Below, piece by piece: positions 1 through 9,246 of a stretch of 64,000 nucleotides of DNA. The stretch lies in the NCBI RefSeq assembly GCF_003334405.1, contig NZ_QOWM01000018.1; one strand, 5' to 3'. This stretch comes from Escherichia coli. Its GTDB lineage: Bacteria > Pseudomonadota > Gammaproteobacteria > Enterobacterales > Enterobacteriaceae. Position numbers and translations under genes: made by a program. The notes under the pieces are model-generated. The model searched no databases, was not told the DNA's origin, and saw only the letters and a program-made list of their open reading frames with translations. How positions within the stretch are numbered: the stretch's first letter is position 1; every line of letters begins with the position of its first letter.

Positions 1-15
1 GTACCGGATTGGCAC
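1..15 (-). repeat. shufflon sfx site, partial (cut by window edge), inverted orientation
   Basis: gtaccggattggcac is the reverse complement of the conserved arm GTGCCAATCCGG plus 3 bp of core seen in the other five sites. Confidence 0.6.
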
Positions 16-23
16 TGGCCTAC

Positions 24-42
24 GTGCCAATCCGGTACCTGG
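24..42 (+). repeat. shufflon sfx 19-bp site (arm GTGCCAATCCGG + core TACCTGG)
   Basis: exact 19-mer gtgccaatccggtacctgg; encodes CQSGTW in the frame that continues into the segment to its right. Confidence 0.75.
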
Positions 43-282
43 AAATCATCATCAGCGTCGATATGGACGAATATAAAAACATTTACGTTATATCCCAAAA
101 ACACACAGGTCTTAGGGAGGTTTAAACTGTGTATTAACACCTATCGTATTGACGGGCGTGAAATGGCAGAAACAGAAGTCGTTCCTATTGACATGCCTGA
201 CTCTAACGGCGAGATGACTTGGCAAGCCAAAAACTACACACAGTATTCGTCCTACTTTATGAAGATTACTTGCTTGAAATAG
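25..282 (+). CDS. pilV: PilV thin-pilus adhesin, alternative C-terminal exon (no own start codon; joined to pilV constant region by inversion)
   Basis: open frame runs from repeat-encoded CQSGTW (24-42) to TAG at 280-282; converges on the opposite-strand exon in the same segment. Confidence 0.5.
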   Translation, partial: CQSGTWKSSSASIWTNIKTFTLYPKNTQVLGRFKLCINTYRIDGREMAETEVVPIDMPDSNGEMTWQAKNYTQYSSYFMKITCLK

Positions 283-283
283 C

Positions 284-547
284 TTATTGGCAAAGGGCAT
301 ATACAGTTATTGAACCATTCTGATCTTCGGTTGTATCGCACGCAGCCGACCATGAGTTATTGGCTGATGGGAATGACCTGGTAAGCCATATGTAACCAGT
401 TCGTGAGGTGCATATTCCGCCGCCACCTGTAACACGTTTTCCAGTTGGACAGGTAGCTGTTGCTCCAGGAAAGCGCCAACCTGTGGCCTGTGCTGTAGCA
501 ATTTGAAGCTCACCAGATCCTACCTTTCTCCAGGTACCGGATTGGCA
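284..547 (-). CDS. pilV: PilV alternative C-terminal exon
   Basis: minus-strand frame from sfx 530-548 (CQSGTW) to stop at 284; Gly/Thr/Cys-rich tail. Confidence 0.5.
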   Translation of the reverse strand, partial: CQSGTWRKVGSGELQIATAQATGWRFPGATATCPTGKRVTGGGGICTSRTGYIWLTRSFPSANNSWSAACDTTEDQNGSITVYALCQ

Positions 548-548
548 C
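530..548 (-). repeat. shufflon sfx 19-bp site (core TACCTGG), inverted orientation
   Basis: ccaggtaccggattggcac = reverse complement of gtgccaatccggtacctgg. Confidence 0.75.
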
Positions 549-576
549 GTAGGCCAGCAGCGCCAGCAATTTAATC

Positions 577-876
577 TCAGTTCTGACACGCGACGACATA
601 ACTACATTTTCCGGTTAAATCAGCTCTAAATGTCCCTTTATGGAAATTGTATTCATCATAAAAACCACATTTAACAATTCGATTTGCATCATAAGTTGCA
701 ACTGATCCTGCAAAGTAATTCGGCTTCCAACCTTGAGGGTTTTCTGCATTGCTCACACTCCATGAGCACTGACTGGCAGAAAATCCTGTTGGCAGCGGTA
801 TTTGCTGACCATTTGCTATACGACCAGTTATCACCGTACTACCAGAATTGCTTTTACGCCAAGTACCGGATTGGCA
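577..876 (-). CDS. pilV: PilV alternative C-terminal exon (single exon in this segment)
   Basis: minus-strand frame from sfx 859-877 (CQSGTW) to stop at 577. Confidence 0.5.
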   Translation of the reverse strand, partial: CQSGTWRKSNSGSTVITGRIANGQQIPLPTGFSASQCSWSVSNAENPQGWKPNYFAGSVATYDANRIVKCGFYDEYNFHKGTFRADLTGKCSYVVACQN

Positions 877-877
877 C
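859..877 (-). repeat. shufflon sfx 19-bp site (core TACTTGG), inverted orientation
   Basis: ccaagtaccggattggcac; head-to-head with the site at 886-904, 8-bp spacer gtaggcca. Confidence 0.75.
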
Positions 878-885
878 GTAGGCCA

Positions 886-904
886 GTGCCAATCCGGTAC
901 CTGG
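886..904 (+). repeat. shufflon sfx 19-bp site (core TACCTGG)
   Basis: exact 19-mer gtgccaatccggtacctgg. Confidence 0.75.
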
Positions 905-1150
905 GGCGCACCTAAAATTCAATTCACAACGCAGACCTACAACATAGCTAAAAACACTCGTAATTTAAGGCTCGGGGTCCATGCATATTGCTCATGGACT
1001 TACCTGAATGGCTCACCCTTTGGTGGTTTTCAACAGGTATATTCCGACCAAAACAACGTTTGGTATGTGAGTAATTATGCTTGGGGAAATTATGAGTCTG
1101 GTGGGACCATATCAGTCACATGCCTCAATCTTCCTGGTGCTGGAGCTTAA
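887..1150 (+). CDS. pilV: PilV alternative C-terminal exon
   Basis: plus-strand frame from sfx 886-904 (CQSGTW) to stop at 1148-1150. Confidence 0.5.
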   Translation, partial: CQSGTWGAPKIQFTTQTYNIAKNTRNLRLGVHAYCSWTYLNGSPFGGFQQVYSDQNNVWYVSNYAWGNYESGGTISVTCLNLPGAGA

Positions 1151-1377
1151 TTAAAGGGGCAACAGTAGGCATCGACATGTTCCTCATCAACACCATCACC
1201 AATACCGTACATGCGTGTTCCAGTCATAATGTATCCAGTCGGACATTGAATCGGCTTGTAATAGATCGAACCACCACTCTTACCGCCGATAAAGTGATTC
1301 ATTGCTACGGATGATTTGTACCAATTACATGCTGAGTAATTAATTTTATTACCCCCTGACCACCGACCGGATTGGCA
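1147..1377 (-). CDS. pilV: PilV alternative C-terminal exon
   Basis: minus-strand frame from sfx 1360-1378 (CQSGRW) to stop at 1147; converges on the 887-1150 exon. Confidence 0.5.
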   Translation of the reverse strand, partial: CQSGRWSGGNKINYSACNWYKSSVAMNHFIGGKSGGSIYYKPIQCPTGYIMTGTRMYGIGDGVDEEHVDAYCCPFN

Positions 1378-1378
1378 C
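1360..1378 (-). repeat. shufflon sfx 19-bp site (core TCGGTGG), inverted orientation, adjacent to rci
   Basis: ccaccgaccggattggcac = reverse complement of gtgccaatccggtcggtgg. Confidence 0.7.
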
Positions 1379-1429
1379 GCTTGCAGAGAATGGTTGTTGG
1401 CATTATTTTTTGCCTCTTTTGAGGTTAGC

Positions 1430-2584
1430 ATGCCGTCTCCACGCATCCGTAAAATGTCCCTGTCGCGCGCACTGGATAAGTACCTGAAAACAGTTTCTGT
1501 TCACAAGAAAGGGCATCAACAGGAGTTTTACCGGAGCAATGTTATCAAGCGATATCCCATTGCCCTTCGGAATATGGACGAAATAACAACCGTTGATATT
1601 GCTACATACAGAGACGTTCGTTTAGCAGAAATCAACCCCCGAACGGGTAAAGCCATTACAGGTAATACTGTACGTCTTGAACTCGCCCTTCTGTCATCTC
1701 TGTTCAATATTGCTCGTGTTGAATGGGGAACCTGTCGTACTAACCCGGTTGAACTGGTTCGCAAGCCGAAAGTATCCTCCGGACGAGATCGCCGGCTAAC
1801 GTCTTCAGAAGAACGTCGCCTTTCTCGCTATTTCCGCGAAAAAAATCTGATGTTGTATGTCATTTTCCATCTTGCCCTTGAAACAGCCATGCGGCAGGGC
1901 GAAATACTGGCTTTACGTTGGGAGCACATTGATTTGCGTCACGGTGTGGCTCATTTACCTGAAACCAAAAACGGTCACTCACGGGATGTTCCTCTGTCCA
2001 GACGTGCCCGTAACTTTCTTCAGATGATGCCCGTTAATCTCCACGGCAATGTTTTTGATTACACCGCATCCGGCTTTAAAAATGCCTGGAGAATAGCCAC
2101 ACAACGACTTCGCATCGAGGACCTGCATTTTCACGATCTACGGCATGAAGCAATAAGCCGCTTCTTCGAACTGGGTAGCCTGAATGTAATGGAGATTGCT
2201 GCAATATCAGGACATCGTTCCATGAATATGCTGAAACGGTATACTCATCTTCGTGCATGGCAACTGGTCAGTAAGCTTGATGCCCGCCGGCGGCAGACAC
2301 AAAAAGTGGCAGCATGGTTTGTGCCGTATCCTGCCCATATCACGACCATCGATGAAGAAAATGGGCAGAAAGCGCATCGTATTGAGATCGGTGATTTTGA
2401 TAACCTTCACGTCACTGCCACAACGAAAGAGGAAGCAGTTCACCGCGCCAGTGAGGTTTTGTTGCGTACACTGGCCATTGCAGCACAGAAAGGCGAACGT
2501 GTCCCATCTCCCGGAGCGTTACCTGTTAACGACCCTGACTACATTATGATTTGCCCTCTGAACCCGGGCAGCGCCCCGCTGTAA
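1430..2584 (+). CDS. rci: shufflon-specific tyrosine recombinase Rci
   Basis: N-terminus [13 protein letters not shown], tyrosine-recombinase motifs ([17 protein letters not shown]), starts 52 bp after last sfx site; ATG 1430 (384 aa) preferred over upstream ATG 1394. Confidence 0.85.
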   Translation: MPSPRIRKMSLSRALDKYLKTVSVHKKGHQQEFYRSNVIKRYPIALRNMDEITTVDIATYRDVRLAEINPRTGKAITGNTVRLELALLSSLFNIARVEWGTCRTNPVELVRKPKVSSGRDRRLTSSEERRLSRYFREKNLMLYVIFHLALETAMRQGEILALRWEHIDLRHGVAHLPETKNGHSRDVPLSRRARNFLQMMPVNLHGNVFDYTASGFKNAWRIATQRLRIEDLHFHDLRHEAISRFFELGSLNVMEIAAISGHRSMNMLKRYTHLRAWQLVSKLDARRRQTQKVAAWFVPYPAHITTIDEENGQKAHRIEIGDFDNLHVTATTKEEAVHRASEVLLRTLAIAAQKGERVPSPGALPVNDPDYIMICPLNPGSAPL

Positions 2585-2734
2585 ACATCATTCAAAACAC
2601 ATACAGAAAGGCGAGTTGCAACAACTCGCCAAACACATTCGATCTGCATGATCGAAATTATTCGTTTCACCAGAAAAAACACCGAAGATACAATAACCAC
2701 ATGAGCTGAAAAGACTTTTTCAGTCGGAGGAACA

Positions 2735-3559
2735 ATGAGACTGAATACGACCGGTATTGCGGCCCGAATGATGCTCTCGCTGGACAAAAAAGCAATCGGC
2801 GAAAAACTCATCAACGGTCGTCAGATAAACCCGACACCACTGCAGGTCCGTTACCCACAAGGGGTAAGAGAAGTTCTGGGGATAATGAGCGAACAATTAG
2901 CCATATCCACCGCTGATTTAACCCGAATCCTGCTTGAGGATGCTCTTCATAATATGTTTATGCCTGCGGATAACACCACAGGAAACATAATAAGCAGAAT
3001 TGAATACATCATGCTGTCGCATGATATAAATGCGCCATTACTGGCAACATTGCTGTCGCCATGGAATATCCGCTCCACGGTTATACAGGACCCGGCCAGA
3101 CTTGCAGACTATCTTTCAGCTGACGCTCTCGAACATCTTGCTGAATGTTTTAATCTCAATCCGGACTGGCTGAATGGCCATGAAAACTATCCGATAGCGT
3201 TGTCCGGTGAATGGCCAGATACTGCTGATAATTTCAGAATGCTTATTAATGATAGCAGCAACACTGAAGTTATTTTCTGGCATAGTTTCCCCTTCGCAGG
3301 AAACACGAAAAGAGAATATTGCGGGGTAATATTGAGACAGAAAAAAGAAATAAATGGCTCTGTAATATATCCAGCACTATCATTATCACCAACACTTCTG
3401 AACGATGAAAAAAGAAAATGGTTAACTGAATATACAACCAGGCAGAATACAACAATGTCTTTGCGACGTGTTACGTTGAGACCTGGCCTTGCCGGGAACC
3501 TTATTACAGGGCAAATACTACCTGTTAGCTTATTTAATACGTCTTTATTACCCTGGTAA
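2735..3559 (+). CDS. traE: conjugal transfer protein (first gene of tra operon)
   Basis: 274-aa ORF, GGAGG RBS 5 nt upstream; name from position relative to rci/sog (synteny inference). Confidence 0.6.
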   Translation: MRLNTTGIAARMMLSLDKKAIGEKLINGRQINPTPLQVRYPQGVREVLGIMSEQLAISTADLTRILLEDALHNMFMPADNTTGNIISRIEYIMLSHDINAPLLATLLSPWNIRSTVIQDPARLADYLSADALEHLAECFNLNPDWLNGHENYPIALSGEWPDTADNFRMLINDSSNTEVIFWHSFPFAGNTKREYCGVILRQKKEINGSVIYPALSLSPTLLNDEKRKWLTEYTTRQNTTMSLRRVTLRPGLAGNLITGQILPVSLFNTSLLPW

Positions 3560-3644
3560 ATACCAGATAGTACCAAAGTAAAAATTTACGGCACATCCGT
3601 GTCATAGCGTTGTTTTGTCTAAATTCTGATTAACAGGAAATTAA

Positions 3645-4847
3645 ATGATGAAGAAAAATCATATTACCCGCACCATCATTGCATCTGCTGTATTATTTTC
3701 CTTTAACGCTGCAGCAGCGACGTCATATTTTGAAGCACGTAACGATGCAATGGGTGGCACCGGAGTAGCATCTTCCCATTATGGTGTGGCACCTCTGGCA
3801 AACCCGGCTTTACTGACAAAGCACAACAGCAATGATGATTTCAGCCTTCTTCTGCCGTCTGTTGGGGCACAAGTTGCTGATCCTGATGATGTATCAAATA
3901 AAGCTGATGATGTTAAAGATGACTGGGATTTGTTTGATAGTGCTGTAGATAACCAGCATGGCGTACAACAGGCAGCAGCAAATCTTAAACATCGTCTGCA
4001 GGAATTCCGCAATATCAATGCAGATGCTCAGGTAGGTGTATCAGCTGTAGCAGCCATGGCAAATGACACTCTGCCGTTTGCCCTTATGGTCAAGTCTTAC
4101 GGAACTGTCAGCGTAAACGGAAAAGTAAACGATGCAGACCTGGATTATCTGGACAAAGTTGCCAATGGAACAATTACCGACGTCGATAAGAATGCCCTGA
4201 CCTCACGCGCATTCGGGCGTGCAGCTGTAATTACCGACGTCGGAATTTCATTTGCCAAAGAACTGGAAACGGCCGGACAAAAATGGTCTCTTGGCGTCAC
4301 ACCAAAATATCAGCGTGTGGACCTGTTTAACTACAACGTAACGGTTCGTGATTACGACAAAGACGATTTTGACGGTGACAAGTACCACAACACGAAAAAC
4401 GGATTCAACGCCGATATTGGTGCTTATACAGACCTGAATGACAACTGGACTGTCGGTCTTGTTGCCCAGAACATCATTCCACGCAGTATTGATACAAAAG
4501 TCGTCAATGGCTTTAAAGAAACCTTCAAAGTTCGTCCACAGGCAACCGCCGGTGTATCCTGGCATAATGACCTGTTTACCACTGCTCTTGACGTTGATCT
4601 GACTCCTGCCAGTGGCTTCACTTCTGACAGCAAACGTCAGTTTGCAAGTGTTGGTGCTGAATTTAACGCATGGAAATGGGCGCAATTGCGTGCCGGTTAT
4701 CGTCAGAACATGGCATCAAACTCCGGAAGCGCCTTCACCGCTGGCGTTGGTATCTCTCCATTTGACGTCGTACATATCGATGTTTCCGGCCTGGTAGGAA
4801 CTGACCACGATTACGGTGCAATGGCACAACTTCAGTTCACTTTCTGA
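3645..4847 (+). CDS. traF: conjugal transfer outer-membrane protein
   Basis: signal peptide, C-terminal aromatic terminus QLQFTF typical of beta-barrel OMPs; name by position. Confidence 0.6.
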   Translation: MMKKNHITRTIIASAVLFSFNAAAATSYFEARNDAMGGTGVASSHYGVAPLANPALLTKHNSNDDFSLLLPSVGAQVADPDDVSNKADDVKDDWDLFDSAVDNQHGVQQAAANLKHRLQEFRNINADAQVGVSAVAAMANDTLPFALMVKSYGTVSVNGKVNDADLDYLDKVANGTITDVDKNALTSRAFGRAAVITDVGISFAKELETAGQKWSLGVTPKYQRVDLFNYNVTVRDYDKDDFDGDKYHNTKNGFNADIGAYTDLNDNWTVGLVAQNIIPRSIDTKVVNGFKETFKVRPQATAGVSWHNDLFTTALDVDLTPASGFTSDSKRQFASVGAEFNAWKWAQLRAGYRQNMASNSGSAFTAGVGISPFDVVHIDVSGLVGTDHDYGAMAQLQFTF

Positions 4848-4854
4848 TTACTGT

Positions 4855-4889
4855 CCCCGCCCCCGGCACTAAACCCGGGGGTATTTTTA
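4855..4889 (+). terminator. rho-independent terminator-like hairpin after traF
   Basis: CCCCCGG-loop-CCGGGGG stem followed by TATTTTTA. Confidence 0.5.
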
Positions 4890-4906
4890 TATTCAGTTTA
4901 AATAAC

Positions 4907-5491
4907 ATGATGAAACCACGTTCCTCTTATTCAAAGACAGCATTCATTCTTTTATTTTCTGTTTTCCTGGTAGCTGCAGTGACAAAAGCAAAAAGCTCGC
5001 TTCCCGATATCACCCTGGAACAGGCAAAAGAAATTAATGCTGATAACACCGTTATTTTCCTTTTCCGCCATGGAGAACGTTGCGACCGTTCAGATATGCC
5101 CTGCTATTCGGATAAGAGCGGAATCACTATTACCGGTACAGAGAAAGCACAGCAGGAAGGTATTAAGTTCGCAACAATCTTCAGTAAATATGATATTTAC
5201 TCCAGCAATGCAGTAAGAACCATACAAACTGCAAAATTCTTCTCCGGTAAAGAACCCGTCGTTATGGACAGTTTATCAGACTGCAATAATGATCTTTATA
5301 AGACGCTTGAATCAATCGCAAGAGAATCTCATAAAAGGAACATAGTAATAATGACACATAATCATTGTTTATCATTTCTGGCCAGAGACAGGCTCGGCAA
5401 GAAATTCAAACCGGCGTACCTTGATGCCCTGATCATGCATTACGATGGTACCCGGCTCATACTTGACGGAAAATACAACAAAGAGGCATAG
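4907..5491 (+). CDS. traG: secreted histidine-phosphatase-superfamily protein in tra operon
   Basis: signal peptide; RHG catalytic motif FLFRHGER; name by position. Confidence 0.55.
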   Translation: MMKPRSSYSKTAFILLFSVFLVAAVTKAKSSLPDITLEQAKEINADNTVIFLFRHGERCDRSDMPCYSDKSGITITGTEKAQQEGIKFATIFSKYDIYSSNAVRTIQTAKFFSGKEPVVMDSLSDCNNDLYKTLESIARESHKRNIVIMTHNHCLSFLARDRLGKKFKPAYLDALIMHYDGTRLILDGKYNKEA

Positions 5492-5885
5492 AGGATATTT
5501 GAATTTACATAAATTCTGATATACTCAGTAAGATACAAGAGTGTACGGGCACATGTGCCTGTCTGAATTGCAGGTTATCCGGACGAGGGCCGGGAACTGT
5601 TTCAGGGACAAGCGCCGGTACATTCGATTCATAAATCGTCGAGTCATCCATCATGGATCGATTCGGCGCGGAGCGTTAAAGATTACGCTCATATTCGTTT
5701 TATGTCTGACGACACATCAACCAGCCAGTATCAGGAATAATCACCTTCAGTAAACTATGAGGCTATTTACCTGGCCACACTGGCATTTATTTCCGGTAAC
5801 GCAAGTATAGCCGGAAACAAACATCATCCTGTCTGTACCGGAGCACCGGTATATCCCATTCTGATTTAACTGCTCAGGAATTATT

Positions 5886-6344
5886 ATGAACCGTATTATA
5901 CCTGCGGGGTGTCTTGCCGCCCTTTTTCTGGCTGGCTGCAACTCCCCTTCTCAGCATACTCCTGTTCCGCGTAACTACGGTGCTGCCTCTGATGTGGCGG
6001 TTACCCGGCACACTCAGTACACATTATGGGACAAAGGTGTGTTTTCCGGTCAACTTCCGGTTTCAACGGGGTCTCATCTTCTGACAGCTAACAGCGATCG
6101 CCTTTCCTTTGACTGGGAAGGTGATGCGATTGAATTACTGAACGAACTGGCCAGAGTCAGGGGGATGCAGTTTAACTACAATGGTGTCCGCCTGCCGTTA
6201 CCAGTCAACCTTCACGTCCGGGATATGACGTTTTCCAATACGTTGAGACTTATTGAAGCCCAGACAGCCTGGAGAGCAACAATCCATCAATATCCGGGCC
6301 TGTTACAGGTCAGCTTCATGCAGCCGGAGAACCGGAAAAAATGA
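5886..6344 (+). CDS. traH: conjugal transfer lipoprotein
   Basis: lipobox LAGC after signal peptide; name by position. Confidence 0.6.
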   Translation: MNRIIPAGCLAALFLAGCNSPSQHTPVPRNYGAASDVAVTRHTQYTLWDKGVFSGQLPVSTGSHLLTANSDRLSFDWEGDAIELLNELARVRGMQFNYNGVRLPLPVNLHVRDMTFSNTLRLIEAQTAWRATIHQYPGLLQVSFMQPENRKK

Positions 6345-7159
6345 AAGCACTCACCTCTCTCATTTTGCCAGTAATACTGCTTACTGGTTGTTCTTCTTCC
6401 CCCACCATCTCGCCAGGTGGTGTCAATACGCCACCACCTGACATTAATGCATGGCTTAAACCACGAAGTGAAAAGCCGGATAGTCTGTCAGAAACCCGCT
6501 GGAAAATGCTGACCGACGCGGGTAAAACGCTTGGATTTCGTGGTGGCAAGGCTCAGCGTTCATGGGAGCTGATTCAGGCACTCAACGCCCGGGAAAGCAC
6601 ACTTAATGCCTTATACGATTTCCGGCCACTGATTAGCCCGGAAGGCTGGCTACCACCGGTTATTGATGAAGCACAGGACGTTGCTCATATCACGCCAGAT
6701 CAAATCCGGACCTCTTCCCGGGTCTGGACCATCATTCGCCCTGAACGCTTTGTCAGCAATCCACCGGGCTGGCGTGACTGGCTTCTCCGGGGGCTTTCAA
6801 CAACAGCCACTCCGGGTACAGAAGGCAGCGTCGTTCCAGAAGACAGCGTGCAACGAAAAGTGTGGGAAACCGCATTACGGCAGGGATGGCAGGAAGGAAG
6901 ACAAAACGCCGACCTGACGCTTGAAGCCAACCAGAAAACCCTCACCCGTGATTACCGGGGCATGATGCTGTACTCACTTCTCTGGCGTCAGGGCATGATC
7001 ACCCGTCCGGATGTTTCTGATCAAATGCAAACCGTTACAGGTGACGGGAAAAAACTGGTCACTGGAGATCGTGTTCGTCGCCTTAAAAATCATGCGGAAT
7101 TCAATCTTCAGAAATCTCACTGGCGTCCGCTTATAGGCACTGAAGGAGGCTCCCGATGA
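6341..7159 (+). CDS. traI: conjugal transfer lipoprotein (DotC-like position)
   Basis: lipobox LTGC; overlaps traH stop; name by position. Confidence 0.6.
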   Translation: MKALTSLILPVILLTGCSSSPTISPGGVNTPPPDINAWLKPRSEKPDSLSETRWKMLTDAGKTLGFRGGKAQRSWELIQALNARESTLNALYDFRPLISPEGWLPPVIDEAQDVAHITPDQIRTSSRVWTIIRPERFVSNPPGWRDWLLRGLSTTATPGTEGSVVPEDSVQRKVWETALRQGWQEGRQNADLTLEANQKTLTRDYRGMMLYSLLWRQGMITRPDVSDQMQTVTGDGKKLVTGDRVRRLKNHAEFNLQKSHWRPLIGTEGGSR

Positions 7160-8304
7160 ATACTCCTGATGAGTTTGGTCTTTTTCCGTTTCAGCGTTTC
7201 ACTGCAGATGAACTACGGCATTTCTTTGTCTGGTGTGCCGCACATAAAGTCAGTGATGTGGATCTGACCGGTGGGTCGCCCGTATCTGTCAGTCGCTTTG
7301 GCCGACGGGTGCGTTGTTCCAGTGCAACGTTACCAACCACACTCATGTCCTCCCTGATTGATGAACTGTTCGGTCGGGAAGTCATTCCCCGCGTTCTGGC
7401 AGGCAATCCGGTTGACAGGACGATACAGATTAACGGGGATGCATCCGGGCGCTATGGTCTTAAACGCGGAGAACGCATCCGGTTACGCTCTCACCTCATT
7501 CAGGGCACATCTGGTGCGGAGGAGAAAGCAATCTCAATAACCATGCGTGTCATCCCGACAGAAATACCGGACATTCTCTCCATGAATATTGAACCAGACC
7601 TGCTTGAAGCAATGGTCTGCAAAAGCGGTCTGGGATTTGTATGTGGTGAAACCGGGTCAGGAAAATCAACGCTGTGTTCAGCACTGTACCGTTACATTAT
7701 GGACAATTTCCCCGACGCCAAAATCGTGACATATGAAGACCCGGTGGAATATATCCTGGGAAATGAAAACGATCTGCTCCCACCGCATCAGGCAGAAATC
7801 GGGCGTGATGTGGTCAGTTTTGCTGCCGGACTGCGTTCTGCTGTACGACGTAATCCCGAAATTATCGGTGTTGGTGAGATCAGGGATAACGAAACCGCCG
7901 ACGCAGCGGTACAGGCAGGCAACACCGGGCATTACTGCCTGAGCACCATGCATACGAAATCTCCTGGTGAAACGCTGGCACGTCTTCTTGGGCTGTTTCC
8001 CCCTGTCATCAGGGATTCGATGGCCTGGGCTGTCCTGTCACTGTTGCAGTTCATTCTGGTTCAGGTTCTGGTCAGAACAAATGACGGTGGTCGTAAAGCC
8101 GTCCGGGAATATATCGTCATTAACGATGAGCTTCGCGACAATCTTTCCGGAATGCCACATGCAGAGTGGGGGCATCACATTGATGCCATAATCCGGCAGG
8201 AGAAGCGCCGTATCCGGGACCAGATTCTGGAAATGTATATCCGGAATGAAGTTGACCGAAGAGAAGCGATTCTTTTTATCCCACCAGGGGAGTTACGGTC
8301 ATGA
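7156..8304 (+). CDS. traJ: type IV secretion ATPase (PilT/DotB-like)
   Basis: Walker A GETGSGKST; overlapping start with traI. Confidence 0.7.
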   Translation: MNTPDEFGLFPFQRFTADELRHFFVWCAAHKVSDVDLTGGSPVSVSRFGRRVRCSSATLPTTLMSSLIDELFGREVIPRVLAGNPVDRTIQINGDASGRYGLKRGERIRLRSHLIQGTSGAEEKAISITMRVIPTEIPDILSMNIEPDLLEAMVCKSGLGFVCGETGSGKSTLCSALYRYIMDNFPDAKIVTYEDPVEYILGNENDLLPPHQAEIGRDVVSFAAGLRSAVRRNPEIIGVGEIRDNETADAAVQAGNTGHYCLSTMHTKSPGETLARLLGLFPPVIRDSMAWAVLSLLQFILVQVLVRTNDGGRKAVREYIVINDELRDNLSGMPHAEWGHHIDAIIRQEKRRIRDQILEMYIRNEVDRREAILFIPPGELRS

Positions 8305-8591
8305 AAAGAGAAGGTTTCTGGCGATATGCAACACCGCCAGTCAACATCCAGGGCGTACCTCTGCCGTTCACCATGATTTATCTGTTTATATGCCCCTTTC
8401 CCTCCAAAACAACCTTCTGGATTTGCACCGGCATCATTTTATTTTTCGTTATTCTCGACCGTTCAGGCTGGACTGTCAGGACTATCTGTACACGCATTTT
8501 CAGCATTCTGAGAGGGGCCATCGCCTCCGGTCGTCCATGGTGGTATCGCCACCATACGGAATCACCACGAGACTGGACTGGCCTCGATTAA
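8301..8591 (+). CDS. traK: small integral membrane transfer protein (IcmT-like size)
   Basis: 96 aa, two hydrophobic helices; name by position. Confidence 0.55.
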   Translation: MKREGFWRYATPPVNIQGVPLPFTMIYLFICPFPSKTTFWICTGIILFFVILDRSGWTVRTICTRIFSILRGAIASGRPWWYRHHTESPRDWTGLD

Positions 8592-8605
8592 ATTCTGGAG
8601 TCTTT

Positions 8606-9157
8606 ATGTCAGGTAAAAAAACTATCGTTACTCTGCTCCGGGTATCGCTACTGGCATGCCCGTTACTGTTCACGACACCATCGTTTGCAATGATCGACAC
8701 GCCATCCGTGAAGGTCGGCTTTTCTCCTGAAGGAAGCGCATCCGCTCTGGTGCTTGACACAATCAACAGTGCGGAAAGCTCCATCAGGATGATGGCATAT
8801 TCCTTCACCGACCCGGATGTAATGCATGCGCTGGCAAAAGCGAAAAAACGCGGAGTGGACGTCCGTATTGTTGTTGATGACAAGGGGAATACGAACCGGG
8901 CAAGTCAGGAAGCGATGAAATATATCAACCTGCTGGACATTCCTCTGCGGACTGTAGATGCCTTCCCCATCCATCACGACAAAGTCATCATTGTTGACGG
9001 AAACACGGTTGAAACCGGCTCCTATAACTTCTCTCGTGCTGCTGCACGCAAGAATTCAGAGAATGTCGTTGTGCTCAAGAATATGCCGGATGTAGCCGCA
9101 CAATATCTTGAACACTGGCAGGATCGCTGGAATAAGGGTACAGACTGGAGACCCTGA
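8606..9157 (+). CDS. nuc: periplasmic endonuclease, phospholipase D/Nuc family
   Basis: signal peptide plus HxK(x)4D motif HHDKVIIVDGNTVETGSYN; RBS before ATG 8606. Confidence 0.75.
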   Translation: MSGKKTIVTLLRVSLLACPLLFTTPSFAMIDTPSVKVGFSPEGSASALVLDTINSAESSIRMMAYSFTDPDVMHALAKAKKRGVDVRIVVDDKGNTNRASQEAMKYINLLDIPLRTVDAFPIHHDKVIIVDGNTVETGSYNFSRAAARKNSENVVVLKNMPDVAAQYLEHWQDRWNKGTDWRP

Positions 9158-9191
9158 CAAACATTTCTCCCCCGGTTTTCTATCCCCCCAG

Positions 9192-9221
9192 CCACCCCCG
9201 GCTTCCGGCGGTGGTTTTTTT
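9192..9221 (+). terminator. rho-independent terminator after nuc
   Basis: CCACC..CCGG..CCGG..GGTGG hairpin followed by TTTTTTT. Confidence 0.55.
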
Positions 9222-9246
9222 CCGTCTTTTTTCAGGAGAAGCACTC

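Noticed and set aside
1394-2584. Phage-type integrase marking the edge of an integrated island
   Set aside because: It is immediately preceded by six 19-bp inversion sites encoding alternative PilV tails and followed by a conjugative transfer operon; this is the shufflon recombinase Rci, not an island integrase, and no att-like direct repeats or tRNA are present
5541-5941. ORFs 5541-5753 and 5747-5941 in the traG-traH gap
   Set aside because: No RBS, arginine-rich low-complexity translation, and 5747-5941 overlaps the traH start on the opposite strand; treated as non-coding
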